From assembly GCA_047602425.1 (NCBI GenBank), contig JASGHG010000001.1:2720001-2784000 (forward strand): a DNA stretch of 64,000 nucleotides. The letters run 5' to 3'. Each line of letters starts with the position of its first letter. The stretch's first letter is position 1. The notes under the pieces are model-generated. The model was not told where the DNA came from, ran no database searches, and saw nothing but the letters and a program-made list of their open reading frames with translations. Both the position numbers and the translations under genes were made by a program. Of the stretch, positions 20,108 through 29,444 are shown piece after piece. The stretch comes from Nibricoccus sp. (lineage in GTDB: Bacteria; Verrucomicrobiota; Verrucomicrobiia; Opitutales; Opitutaceae).

Positions 20108-20133
20108 GACGCAAACCGGGATTTGCAGTTACA
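20108..20133 (-). promoter_or_regulatory. Putative ECF-sigma promoter of the RND operon (TGTAAC-N16-CGTC)
   Basis: Read on the minus strand, ending 30 nt upstream of the ATG. Confidence 0.5.
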
Positions 20134-20334
20134 GCAACCTTTGGCCTCAAAACGTTCCATTTGTTTCGCCCGTGCGAGATCGCCAACCATCTTCAAGTCA
20201 CCAAACGTCGCGGAACACGCATCGGCAGCCGTTGTCCAGCCGCCCGGCCTTTGGCTGTTTTTTGGCGATTTGTAAATTTGCCGCTTTGAAATCCCCGTTT
20301 TCTTGATCATTCTCCGCTCAATCGACCCCAAGGC

Positions 20335-22821
20335 ATGAATACTACTCGTTCCATGAAACGCATCCTCGTCGGCGGTCTTGCCACCGCTTTGGTCATCCTC
20401 TCAGCCCACGCCATTAGCGCCGACAAACTCGCCGCGCTGCGTGCCAAAGCCGAAGCCGGCGACGGCCCTTCCCAATATGAACTCGGCCTTGCCTACGCTG
20501 ATCCGCAAGAGCCGATGGCCGATATCACGGAAGCCTACGTCTGGTTCACCCTCGCCGCCGAAAATGGCGCGCCGGGCAAAGCCTACATGATCGTGACCAA
20601 CCAGATGTCGCCCCAGCAACTGGCCGAGGGAAAAAAACTTTTGGAGCAACGCCGCGCGGACCTGGCCGCCCATCGCCCGATCATCGCCAGCACTCCGGTC
20701 GCACGCGCGGACTCTTCCAGCCCGGTCTCGCCCATTGTCGGCGCCTCGCCAGAACCAGATAATACCGCCATCAAGACCGAGCTTGCCAAGGCCACTGCCG
20801 AACTTGCCGCTGCTAAAAAAGAGACCCAGCAGATCAAGGCCGAACTGGAAAAAGCCAACCAGGCCGCTCTCGAAAAATTGAGGACCGAGCGCGACGAACT
20901 CGCCGCAACCGTCGCCAAGTACACCAACGAAATTTCCACCATGCGCGCCGCCGCGGCGAACTTCGAAGGCGAACGCAACGGCCTCAAGCAACAGATTGCC
21001 GAAGCCGGCAAATCTTCCAAGGAGTCGAAGGATACCCTCGCGGCCGATCTCGCCGCCACCAACGCAAAACTCAAAACCGCCGAGAACGAACTCTCCAAGG
21101 CCGACACCAATCTCAAGGCGCTTACCGAAGCCAAACAGTCGCTCGCCTCGCTGAGCGACCAAGTGCAAAAACTCACGGCCGAGAATCAACGCCTCGCCAA
21201 CCTGTCCAAACAAACGGAATCGGCTTCCGCCGAAAAACTCGCCGCCTCCGACAAGGTGCTCGGCGAAACCAAGGCCGAACTCGCCCGGGCTCAGGCCAGT
21301 CTCGCCGCCGCCACGACTCAAGCCGCGAGCGCGGCCAGCCTCGGCTCCGACCTTGCCGCTCTTCGCTCGGCCAACACCGATCTAAATGGACAGGTACAAA
21401 AACTCACCGCCGAAAAAGACCAGGCGCTTGCGCAAGCCGCACAAGCTTCCGCCCAGGCTCGCGAACAAATCGAAGCGCTCGCCGGTAAATTGAAAGCGAG
21501 CGAAATGAACGCGGCCAGTTCACTCGCCGAAAACGCCGAACTCACCAAGCAGATTGCCACCCTTCAGTCCGCTCCTCCAAAAGACAATCCGGAGACTGCC
21601 GCCCAACTCGCCAAGCTCACCGCCGATTTGCAGACGGCGCAAAATACCGCTGCCCAGGAAAAACAGGCGCTGGCCGCCCAGCTCCAGGCCACTCAGGCCG
21701 CCGCCGAGAAGGCGAATGCCGACAATGCCGAACTTTCCAAGCAACTCGCCGCGCTTCAGGCCAAACCAAAAAAAGATCCCGAGTCCAAGGCCAAGCTCGA
21801 CAAGCTCGCCGCCGAACTTGACGCCGCCAAACTCGCGCAGCGCGCCATTGAGGAGGAGAAGGAGTCTCTCGCCTCCAGCCTCAAGAAAACTGAAAAAGCC
21901 CTCGCCAAGGCCACTGAGGATCGCGACGAATTGGAACAAAAACTAAAAGCCACCGACAAACCTTCCAAGAAGGAAGCCGCCGCCAGGGCCCAAGTCGAAC
22001 AGCTCAAGGCCGAACTCGAAGCTGCCCGGGCCGCTCAAGCCGGTTCTTCCAGCGGGGACCTCGAAAAAGCGCGCCAGGAAGTCGCCGCGCTGCAGGCCAA
22101 ACTTAGCGAAACTGAACAGGCCCTCGCCGCAGCCAAAGCCGCTCCTGCCACGGCCGTCGCCTCCGCCGAAACGCCAGCTTCCGCCGAAACTCCTGCCGCT
22201 GCCCCCGCTGGCGATGCCGCTGCTGCGAACGAAACCGTTGCTAATCTCCAAAAAGAGCTCAACGAAAGCCAGATCAAACTCGATGCCGCGCTTCGTTCCT
22301 TCCAACTCCAGCAGGCGGAGATTGATCGTCTGCAAAACGCCCTCGCGAACATTGACAACGAGCGCGCCTCCGTGGTCGACAAGCTCAAGCTCGCCCGCGA
22401 CGAAGCTTCCAACGCCGCCAGCCGCGCCTCGGCCAACAACGATGCCGCTGCTCAGCTTGCCGGCGTGCGCGAACAACTTCGCCAGACACAAAACCAGCTC
22501 GCCAGCATCGCCTATGAAAACACCGAGCTGAAACACCGCCTCTCCTACGGTTCACCGTCGTCCAATACACTTACGCCGCTGCCATTGCCCTCCACGGTTG
22601 CCACCACGCCGCCGAACCGTCCGGGCAACACCAGGACCGCCGCGGTGGAAACACCCGCCGCGCCTCGCACGCACACCGTGGCCGCTGGCGAAAGTCTTTC
22701 TGGCATCGCCAAACGCTACTACGGCAGCGCCAATCGCTGGCAGGAAATCCTCGACGCCAACAAAGGCACCTTGAAGAGCCCCGCCGCCTTGCGTCCCGGC
22801 ATGAAGCTCAAGATCCCGTAA
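20335..22821 (+). CDS. Exported Sel1-repeat / long coiled-coil / C-terminal LysM protein
   Basis: Signal peptide; 'AEAGDGPSQYELGLAY...EAYVWFTLAAENG'; about 600 aa of A/K/E/L/Q heptads; LysM 'HTVAAGESLSGIAKRYYG...LRPGMKLKIP'. Confidence 0.88.
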   Translation: MNTTRSMKRILVGGLATALVILSAHAISADKLAALRAKAEAGDGPSQYELGLAYADPQEPMADITEAYVWFTLAAENGAPGKAYMIVTNQMSPQQLAEGKKLLEQRRADLAAHRPIIASTPVARADSSSPVSPIVGASPEPDNTAIKTELAKATAELAAAKKETQQIKAELEKANQAALEKLRTERDELAATVAKYTNEISTMRAAAANFEGERNGLKQQIAEAGKSSKESKDTLAADLAATNAKLKTAENELSKADTNLKALTEAKQSLASLSDQVQKLTAENQRLANLSKQTESASAEKLAASDKVLGETKAELARAQASLAAATTQAASAASLGSDLAALRSANTDLNGQVQKLTAEKDQALAQAAQASAQAREQIEALAGKLKASEMNAASSLAENAELTKQIATLQSAPPKDNPETAAQLAKLTADLQTAQNTAAQEKQALAAQLQATQAAAEKANADNAELSKQLAALQAKPKKDPESKAKLDKLAAELDAAKLAQRAIEEEKESLASSLKKTEKALAKATEDRDELEQKLKATDKPSKKEAAARAQVEQLKAELEAARAAQAGSSSGDLEKARQEVAALQAKLSETEQALAAAKAAPATAVASAETPASAETPAAAPAGDAAAANETVANLQKELNESQIKLDAALRSFQLQQAEIDRLQNALANIDNERASVVDKLKLARDEASNAASRASANNDAAAQLAGVREQLRQTQNQLASIAYENTELKHRLSYGSPSSNTLTPLPLPSTVATTPPNRPGNTRTAAVETPAAPRTHTVAAGESLSGIAKRYYGSANRWQEILDANKGTLKSPAALRPGMKLKIP

Positions 22822-22847
22822 GCAGCAGACGCATTTTCATCCTCTTT

Positions 22848-22875
22848 AGCGGCGTCTCCTCGATGCCGCTTTTTT
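22848..22875 (+). terminator. Rho-independent terminator
   Basis: AGCGGCGTC-tcctc-GATGCCGCT followed by a T-run. Confidence 0.8.
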
Positions 22876-22940
22876 GTTGGGATGGCAGGGAGATTCCTGC
22901 TCTCGTTTGCAAACCGTTCCGCCTGCTGCAGCCTGTTGCT

Positions 22941-23480
22941 ATGCCCGAGACCATTGATCTCACGCAGCTTCTTGTTCGTCGTGCTGAGTTCAAACGATTC
23001 CTCACGTCCCGCCTGGGTGGAAATGACGCGGACGCGGAAGATCTTTTGCAGAACAGCCTGACCAAAGCCCTGCATGCAGCCGCTACCGTGAACGATCGGG
23101 AAAAACTTATTCCTTGGTTCTACCAAGTGCTTCGGCATGCGGTTGTCGACCACGTGCGCAGTCATCAGGCTCTCCGAAAACGAGAGGATCAATGGACACT
23201 CGAAACCGCGGCGTTGGGGGATGAGGAAAGTCATCAACACGTTTGCCGATGCTTCGAAAGCCTTTTGCCCACGCTCAAGCCTCTGCATGCCGAACTGCTG
23301 CGTCGCGTAGAAATGAACAATGAAAACGTCGCGCAAACCGCATCTGCGCTCGGACTGACTGCTGGGAACGCCAGTGTCATCCTGCACCGTGCACGCAAGG
23401 AATTGCGTCATCAGTTGGAAGCTTTTTGCGGCCCGTGCGCGGATAAAACCTGCTTCGACTGCGATTGCGGCGAAGCCTAG
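22941..23480 (+). CDS. ECF sigma factor with linker CxC and C-terminal Cys-rich domain (CorE-like)
   Basis: 'DAEDLLQ', 'WFYQVLR', linker 'HVCRC', tail 'CGPCADKTCFDCDC'; next to a P1B-ATPase. Confidence 0.85.
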   Translation: MPETIDLTQLLVRRAEFKRFLTSRLGGNDADAEDLLQNSLTKALHAAATVNDREKLIPWFYQVLRHAVVDHVRSHQALRKREDQWTLETAALGDEESHQHVCRCFESLLPTLKPLHAELLRRVEMNNENVAQTASALGLTAGNASVILHRARKELRHQLEAFCGPCADKTCFDCDCGEA

Positions 23481-23496
23481 CCTCTGTTGAAATCGT

Positions 23497-23522
23497 TGTA
23501 AGGTTCGGCAAACGACTCCGTC
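23497..23522 (+). promoter_or_regulatory. Putative ECF promoter of the Cu-ATPase gene (TGTAAG-N16-CGTC)
   Basis: Lies in the 53-nt gap between the sigma gene and the ATPase, ending 11 nt before ATG 23534. Confidence 0.5.
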
Positions 23523-23533
23523 TGCCGGTTGTC

Positions 23534-25604
23534 ATGCATACTCATTCATCCGATCACCACCATCCGCCTCCTGCATCGTCGTCCACTCCGTGCCACAGCC
23601 ATCCTGCCGCCGGCGAATTGGCACGGACTGACGCTCCTGTCTACATGGGCCTGCCGCACGAACGCGTTCTGCGACCGCGTTTTTGGGTGGCGATCGCGCT
23701 CAGCCTGCCGATTTTCGTGCTGGCAATGGGAGAAATGGTCCCCGGTCCTGCGCGACCTGCTTCCATCCGCGCGGGTTTCCGGCTGGATACAGTTTGCTCT
23801 GACCACGCCCGTCTTTTTTTGGTGTGGCTGGTTTTTTATTCGTCGCTGGTGGAAATCCATCCGCGAGCGCGATACCAACATGTTTACGCTGACCGTCACC
23901 GGTACGGGCGCGGCGTATTTCTACAGCACCGCAGCTTTGCTTTTTCCAAAAATATTTGCCACCGCCACAACGCACGGCGGGCACGGAATACCGCTTTATT
24001 TCGAGGCTGCGGCCGTAATCACGACGATCGTCCTTCTTGGCCAGATTCTGGAGCAGCGCGCCCATGCCCGCACGGATGCGGCTATTCGCGCGCTCATGGA
24101 TCTCGCTCCGGCTTTTGCCCATCGCGTCGTCGATGGTCAGGAACACGATATTCCCCTCGATCAAGTTCAGGTCGGCGACTTGTTGAGAGTCCGCCCCGGC
24201 GAGCGAATCCCGACCGACGGTGCCGTGACTGACGGCGCAAGTGCGGTCGACGAATCGATGCTCACGGGGGAACCGATGCCAGTAGCCAAAATGGCCGGCG
24301 ATACGGTGAGCGGCGGTACGCTCAATGCCAACGGCACTCTTTTGCTCCGCGCCGAACGCGTCGGCCGCGACACGCTTCTGGCCCAGATCATCCATCTGGT
24401 AGAAGAGGCGCAGGAGAGCGAAGCGCCGATCCAGCGGCTCGCCGACCGTGTGTCCAATTGGTTTATTCCTGCTGTCGCCGCCGTTGCTGCCGTCACGTTT
24501 GGACTTTGGCTATGGTTGGGGCCTGAACCGCGACTCATTCACGCCCTCGTCAATGCCGTGGCCGTCCTGATCATCGCCTGTCCCTGTGCGTTGGGTCTTG
24601 CCACGCCGGTTTCGCTCGTCACCGCCATCGGCCGGGGCGCACAGGCGGGTGTGCTGGTACGCGACGCCGCGGCGCTGGAAAGGCTCGCTCATGCCGATAC
24701 ACTGTTAATCGACAAAACCGGCACTCTGACGGAAGGCAAACCGGTTGTCACCGCGCTTGCTCCCGCTGCCAGTTTCGACGAAGCCAAACTGCTCGTGCTG
24801 GCCGCTTCGGCTGAGAGTGCGAGTGAGCATCCTTTGGCTCGGGCCATCGTGGCCGAGGCGATTGCCCGCCAACTCGCGCTTCGGCCTGCGACCGGTTTTT
24901 CCGCGCAGCCCGGTTTTGGGGTTCGTGCGACGGTTGATGGCCGGCTGGTCGAAATCGGCCGGGCGCCCAACACCAATGTCCCCTTTGACGATACCACGCT
25001 GGTCGGTGTGCAGATTGACGGGCAGCACGCCGGCACAATCGCATTGAGCGATCCGCTGAAAGTCACGACAGCCGCCGCAATCAACGAACTGCATCATCTC
25101 GGTTTTAAGATTATCATGGTTACCGGCGACCGAAAACCCATCGCTGCTCAGATCGCCGCGCAATTGCGCCTCGACGGTTATCACGCCAGTGTCACGCCCG
25201 AAGAGAAACAAAAGCTCGTCACCGAACTGCGCGCCAGCGGTAAACACGTGGTCTTCGCCGGCGACGGCATCAACGACGCTCCGGCCCTCGCTGCCGCCGA
25301 AGTGAGCATAGCGATGGGAACAGGCACGGACGTCGCGATGGCCAGCGCAGGCCTTGTGCTCGTGAAGGGCGACTTGCGCGGCATCGTCAAGGCCGTGCAT
25401 CTCAGTCGCGCCACGCTGGCCAACATCAAACAGAATCTCTTCCTTGCGTTCGTTTATAACGCGCTCGGCATTCCGGTGGCGGCGGGCGTGTTGTATCCAT
25501 TTTTTGGATGGCTGCTCAGTCCGATGCTCGCCGGGGTCGCCATGAGCCTGAGTTCGCTCAGCGTCGTTTCGAATGCCCTGCGGTTGCGCCGGGCGAAATT
25601 GTGA
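23534..25604 (+). pseudogene. copA: Cu(I)-translocating P1B-type ATPase with an apparent 1-nt insertion near 23740-23747 (true pseudogene or sequence error)
   Basis: The His-rich N-terminus and first TM helix ([22 protein letters not shown]) are in one frame. The rest ([36 protein letters not shown]) is in the +1 frame. Confidence 0.85.
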
Positions 25605-25752
25605 ACGTTTTAGCGTGGCATGGCTATCGCGCCTCGCCCGAGAGTGGAGTCATGGCTGAAGCAAGTGGCTGGAATTTAAGGGCGTGCTAAGACCTGAATT
25701 AAGTCAGCTAGCGTTCGGACTGCCTTTTAGCGTTCCCCCCATATTTGCCTTC

Positions 25753-25780
25753 GGAACCCGGCTTCGTTTATAACGTCTAA
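25753..25780 (+). promoter_or_regulatory. Putative ECF/sigmaE-type promoter (GGAAC-N16-CGTCTAA)
   Basis: Ends 7 nt before the ATG of the downstream lipoprotein. Confidence 0.5.
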
Positions 25781-25787
25781 TCTTCGT

Positions 25788-26234
25788 ATGAAACTACTCC
25801 TGCTTCCGCTCCTTTGTCTGGCTGCCGCGCTCACCGGGTGCAGCACGGTGAGCAGTCGTATCGACGAAAAATCCGCGTATTTCAACACCCTCGACGCGCA
25901 AACCCAAGAGCGTCTGAAACGCAGCGCCGTCAAGGTCGGCGATACGCAGGACATGGTCTACATCGCCTTCGGCCAGCCTGATCGGACCCGCGAAAAAGTC
26001 ACCGGGTCGGCTCAGGAAACCGTGTGGATTTATAACACTTACCGGTCGGAATATGCCGGTACGCATTTCGCGGGTTACCACCGTCAGGTGTATTATAATC
26101 CGCGGACGAATACCCGACGGATTTACTACGATCCCGTGTACGTCTCGGCCTATCGTGAAAGGACCGAGGAATATATGCGCGTGATTTTCAGGGGAGGCTT
26201 GGTCAGCGCCATTGAGCAACAGGCGTACAATTGA
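25788..26234 (+). CDS. Lipoprotein with SmpA/OmlA-like domain
   Basis: Lipobox LTGC; 'VKVGDTQDMVYIAFGQPD', 'W-x-Y', terminal 'F-x-GG-x-VSAI'. Confidence 0.7.
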   Translation: MKLLLLPLLCLAAALTGCSTVSSRIDEKSAYFNTLDAQTQERLKRSAVKVGDTQDMVYIAFGQPDRTREKVTGSAQETVWIYNTYRSEYAGTHFAGYHRQVYYNPRTNTRRIYYDPVYVSAYRERTEEYMRVIFRGGLVSAIEQQAYN

Positions 26235-26270
26235 AACCCCCTCGATCCGCAACCAACGGCTCCACCTAAT

Positions 26271-26297
26271 AAAAAGCCCGGCCGGATGGCCGGGCTT
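26271..26297 (-). terminator. Rho-independent terminator between convergent genes
   Basis: AAGCCCGGCC-ggat-GGCCGGGCTT, with an A-run on the + side. Confidence 0.75.
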
Positions 26298-26321
26298 CGT
26301 TATTGAAAAGGGTGGACTGGC

Positions 26322-26642
26322 TCAGCTCGGCGAGATCGCGCGGGCGTGTATCCAGAAACGTGAGACAACGAGGGTGTCGCGCTTCAGGTCATAGCCGAAT
26401 TCGGTGTCGATGACCTGCCAGTTGACCGAGGCGCCGTTGCTGTTGTTGGTGCCGGCGGAAGCCAGCGAGCGGAGCCGCTGCCACTCGCGCACAGCCAACA
26501 ATCGTGCAGAGATAAAGGCCTCCTCGATCGTTCGGTAGACACCGCAGGCTTGGGTCTTCTGCATGGGTTTGCCCTCCTCGGTCGGAACCAGGGAGAAATG
26601 CAGGACCGCATACTCTTCAGGACCAAATGGCGTGTCTTTCAT
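26322..26642 (-). CDS. Hypothetical protein
   Basis: 106-aa ORF with a sigmaE-like promoter motif upstream (26673-26699) and a terminator downstream. Confidence 0.6.
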   Translation of the reverse strand: MKDTPFGPEEYAVLHFSLVPTEEGKPMQKTQACGVYRTIEEAFISARLLAVREWQRLRSLASAGTNNSNGASVNWQVIDTEFGYDLKRDTLVVSRFWIHARAISPS

Positions 26643-26710
26643 AGCGAAGTGGATTGAGCGGGAACTGTGCCAATTGACCGCTTCCACGCAAGAAGGTTCG
26701 GCGCGGGCAA

Positions 26711-27463
26711 TCAGGTTTTTCCGAAAAACTCCCAGCAGAGTACGGCGGTTGCCGATGCCACATTCAGGGATTCCACTAAGCCTGTGCCGGGTATGGTGAC
26801 GAGCGTGGAACAGGCCTTGGCGACGTCGGGCGCGAGACCGTGCTCTTCATTGCCCAGCACGAGCGCCACCGGTTTTGCGATCGACGCCGGATCGGTTTTT
26901 GATGCTTTGCGCAACGACACGGCGCCGACCACCGCTGTGCCAATCACGCGATAATGTGCGCCGAGCTCGCGACAGAATGTCGCCAGATTTTTCGCCGCAA
27001 GAATTTCCACATTCTCCAGACCGCCTTCGGAAATGCGGTGCGCCGCTTCGCCGGGCAAGGCCTGTTGCGGATGATCCGCGACGACGATTTGCCTGACGCC
27101 GAAAAACACCGCGGTGCGCGCAATCGCGCCGAGATTGTGGGCGTTGCCGACGCGGTCGAGGATGAGCAGCGGTGCTTTTGCCTGCGCCCACTTGGCGATA
27201 TCGGCCGACGTTGGTGCACGAAGGCCCTGTTGCTCAACGATGGCGACGATGCCCGCGTGGTGCAGCGTTCCCGAAATTTTCTCCAATTCAACTGGTTCGA
27301 CACAGCGGTAGACTTTGCGGGCGGCGGCGAGCGCCTTGCAGATGGCGCCGATTTTGCGACCGGTGGCGTAGTCGAAATAGAGACGCTTGATCGAGGCAGG
27401 ATTGGCTTTGAAACGGGCTTCGACCGTGGCCAGTCCGCAGATGGGGATTTCCTTGGCTTTCAT
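26711..27463 (-). CDS. SpoU/TrmH-family RNA 2'-O-methyltransferase (YfiF-like)
   Basis: Motifs 'HNLGAIART', 'LVLGNEEHG', 'VESLNVA'; overlaps the upstream gene by 4 nt. Confidence 0.9.
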   Translation of the reverse strand: MKAKEIPICGLATVEARFKANPASIKRLYFDYATGRKIGAICKALAAARKVYRCVEPVELEKISGTLHHAGIVAIVEQQGLRAPTSADIAKWAQAKAPLLILDRVGNAHNLGAIARTAVFFGVRQIVVADHPQQALPGEAAHRISEGGLENVEILAAKNLATFCRELGAHYRVIGTAVVGAVSLRKASKTDPASIAKPVALVLGNEEHGLAPDVAKACSTLVTIPGTGLVESLNVASATAVLCWEFFGKT

Positions 27464-28464
27464 GCGTTCACTTCTCCCACGAGGGTAAACTCTTCGCGGT
27501 CGTGATAAAGATGCCGGATGCGCAGCCCGCTCGTACGCGTGGCAAGCACGCCGCCTGGTGCGGAAATTTCGCGCAGCAAAGCCACCGGATCCACGCGGCC
27601 AAATTTCAAGATCACAACAAAACGCCGGCACCAGCCTTGCGCGATCCATGGCTCGATCAAGTTGCGCATCACGTGATGCGGTTCCTCGACCAAATCGCAA
27701 AACAACCAGTCGATCACCTCGCCCTGCGCGGGTTGAAAACGAAACGCGTCCTCACGGCGGTGCTCAATCAACGCATTGTCCAGCGCGCCGCCTTTGAGTG
27801 GGCCGTTGTCGACGGCAATGACACGAGCGCCGCGTTTTGCCGCGCTGTAACTCCAGCCGCCCGGCGCTGCGCCGAGATCGATCACGGTTTCGCCCGGGGC
27901 CGGTTCACGACCGAAAACGACATAGGCTTCCTCGACTTTCAGATATGAACGCGACGGCGCCAGTGGGTCGTCCGCCATGCGGCGCTGTCCGCCGAACACG
28001 CACTCGCGCGCCGCGAAAATCCGACCGAAATCGGCAAAGAAAATGAACAATCCGCGCACCTTGGCCACGCCTCTCGGCTTGTCGGGGGAGGCGAGTTTGG
28101 ACACGCGCGACATGCGTTTACGCAAAAGTTCGCCGAATGCTTTTTCCACGCCGTCCGCCCGGCGGTCGAGGCCATCGAGCCCCGCCGCCATCTCGAAGAT
28201 TAATGGCCACGACGCTTCGAAGCGCTCGGCCTTTGCCGAACTGAGGAAAAAGTCCAAGATTTTGCCCGCGATTCCGTTGACGGTGTCCGCAACGATTTCG
28301 ACTGGGTCGAACAAAACAGCATGGGCAAAACAAAATTCAGGCAGCGGAGAACGCGCTTGCGCCACCCGCAACCAACCCTGCCCAAGCTCGGTCGCCACAA
28401 TGCCATGCCCGCGCAACTCCTTTTCGAGGTGGGTTTCATATCCGGGCTGGCAGCGAAAAATCAT
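27460..28464 (-). CDS. rlmM: 23S rRNA C2498 2'-O-methyltransferase-like (FtsJ fold)
   Basis: Motifs 'APSRSYLKVEEA', 'DLGAAPGGW', 'AVDNG', 'WLFCDLVE'. Confidence 0.8.
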   Translation of the reverse strand: MIFRCQPGYETHLEKELRGHGIVATELGQGWLRVAQARSPLPEFCFAHAVLFDPVEIVADTVNGIAGKILDFFLSSAKAERFEASWPLIFEMAAGLDGLDRRADGVEKAFGELLRKRMSRVSKLASPDKPRGVAKVRGLFIFFADFGRIFAARECVFGGQRRMADDPLAPSRSYLKVEEAYVVFGREPAPGETVIDLGAAPGGWSYSAAKRGARVIAVDNGPLKGGALDNALIEHRREDAFRFQPAQGEVIDWLFCDLVEEPHHVMRNLIEPWIAQGWCRRFVVILKFGRVDPVALLREISAPGGVLATRTSGLRIRHLYHDREEFTLVGEVNA

Positions 28465-28535
28465 AGGCTTCGATATTCTTCGAACGTGACGCGCCCGCCG
28501 TTTGCGGCGAGGATAAAACCGCAATCCCCGCCGGT

Positions 28536-28562
28536 GAACCATTTCCCTTCACATCGGTCAAA
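28536..28562 (+). promoter_or_regulatory. Putative sigmaE-type promoter (GAACCA-N16-TCAAA)
   Basis: Resembles the RpoE consensus GAACTT-N16-TCAAA; ends 20 nt before the BON gene. Confidence 0.45.
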
Positions 28563-28582
28563 ACTCCAACCGCACTCGCATC

Positions 28583-29065
28583 ATGAAACTCTTTATCTTC
28601 CTTCTCGGCGCCGCGGCTGGCGCGTACGGCTTCTACTATTATCAGACGCGAAATGTCGAAACTCAGCCCAAGAAAGACGCGGCGCATTCGTCGACGACGG
28701 GCACAGGTGAGACGTCGCCTTCCTTTTCCGACCGCGTGAAAGAGGACGCAAAATCCGCGAAGGATACGGTCGGCAAGGAACTGGAGCATGCTGGACAAGT
28801 GGTGAAGACCAAGGCTGTCGAAGTCGGCGCGACGGTTTCCAGCGCGGCCTCCAACGCCCGCATTGTTGGCACGATCAAGGCCAAGTTTGCGCTCGATAAC
28901 GAACTGAAGGCGCGTGCGATCAATGTCGATTGCGACAACGGCCATGTGACCCTGAACGGCACCGTTGCCACAACAGCGCTTATCGACAAAGCCGTCAGAA
29001 TGGCGCTGGAAACTGACGGTGTCACCAAGGTGCAATCCATGCTGACCGTGACGGCGGAGCGGTAA
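28583..29065 (+). CDS. BON-domain (OsmY-like) protein with N-terminal membrane anchor
   Basis: 'INVDCDNGHVTLNGTV...TDGVTKVQSMLTV'. Confidence 0.88.
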   Translation: MKLFIFLLGAAAGAYGFYYYQTRNVETQPKKDAAHSSTTGTGETSPSFSDRVKEDAKSAKDTVGKELEHAGQVVKTKAVEVGATVSSAASNARIVGTIKAKFALDNELKARAINVDCDNGHVTLNGTVATTALIDKAVRMALETDGVTKVQSMLTVTAER

Positions 29066-29162
29066 TTCCCGCGGAAGATCACTATTGTTCGCCTTGTTGG
29101 TGATAGACGGTTTATCGGCGGTCCAGCTCTGCGCTTATGCGTAGAGGACTAGCGCTGCTGAC

Positions 29163-29429
29163 TTACGCGGTTTTGAGCCGCGCTTTCACTGCTGCGAGGT
29201 CGAGGCCGTCAATCTGTACGACTTTTTGGCGGGATTTGTCTCCTTGGACGAGCGTGACGGCGCGGCGATGCAGGCCGAGGGTTTCGGCGACAAATTCGCA
29301 GAGCTCGTCATTGGCCCGGCCTTCGAGCGCGGGAGCGTGGACTTTAACCTTCAACGCATCGCCAAGCCAGCCGGCGATAGCATTTTTCGTCGCATTGGGA
29401 ATGGCTTTGATCGCAAGCCGGCAATTCAT
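29163..29429 (-). CDS. DUF167 (YggU family) protein
   Basis: 'LKVKVHAPALEGRAN', 'GDKSRQK'. Confidence 0.9.
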   Translation of the reverse strand: MNCRLAIKAIPNATKNAIAGWLGDALKVKVHAPALEGRANDELCEFVAETLGLHRRAVTLVQGDKSRQKVVQIDGLDLAAVKARLKTA

Positions 29430-29444
29430 TTCGCGCGGATTAGT

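Noticed and set aside
23735..23750. Programmed frameshift like the E. coli copA/CopA(Z) chaperone
   Set aside because: The E. coli event is -1 at a slippery heptamer and yields a short soluble domain. Here a +1 shift would be needed for the full enzyme, the site lies after the first TM helix, no such heptamer is present, and the unshifted frame runs on to 24232.
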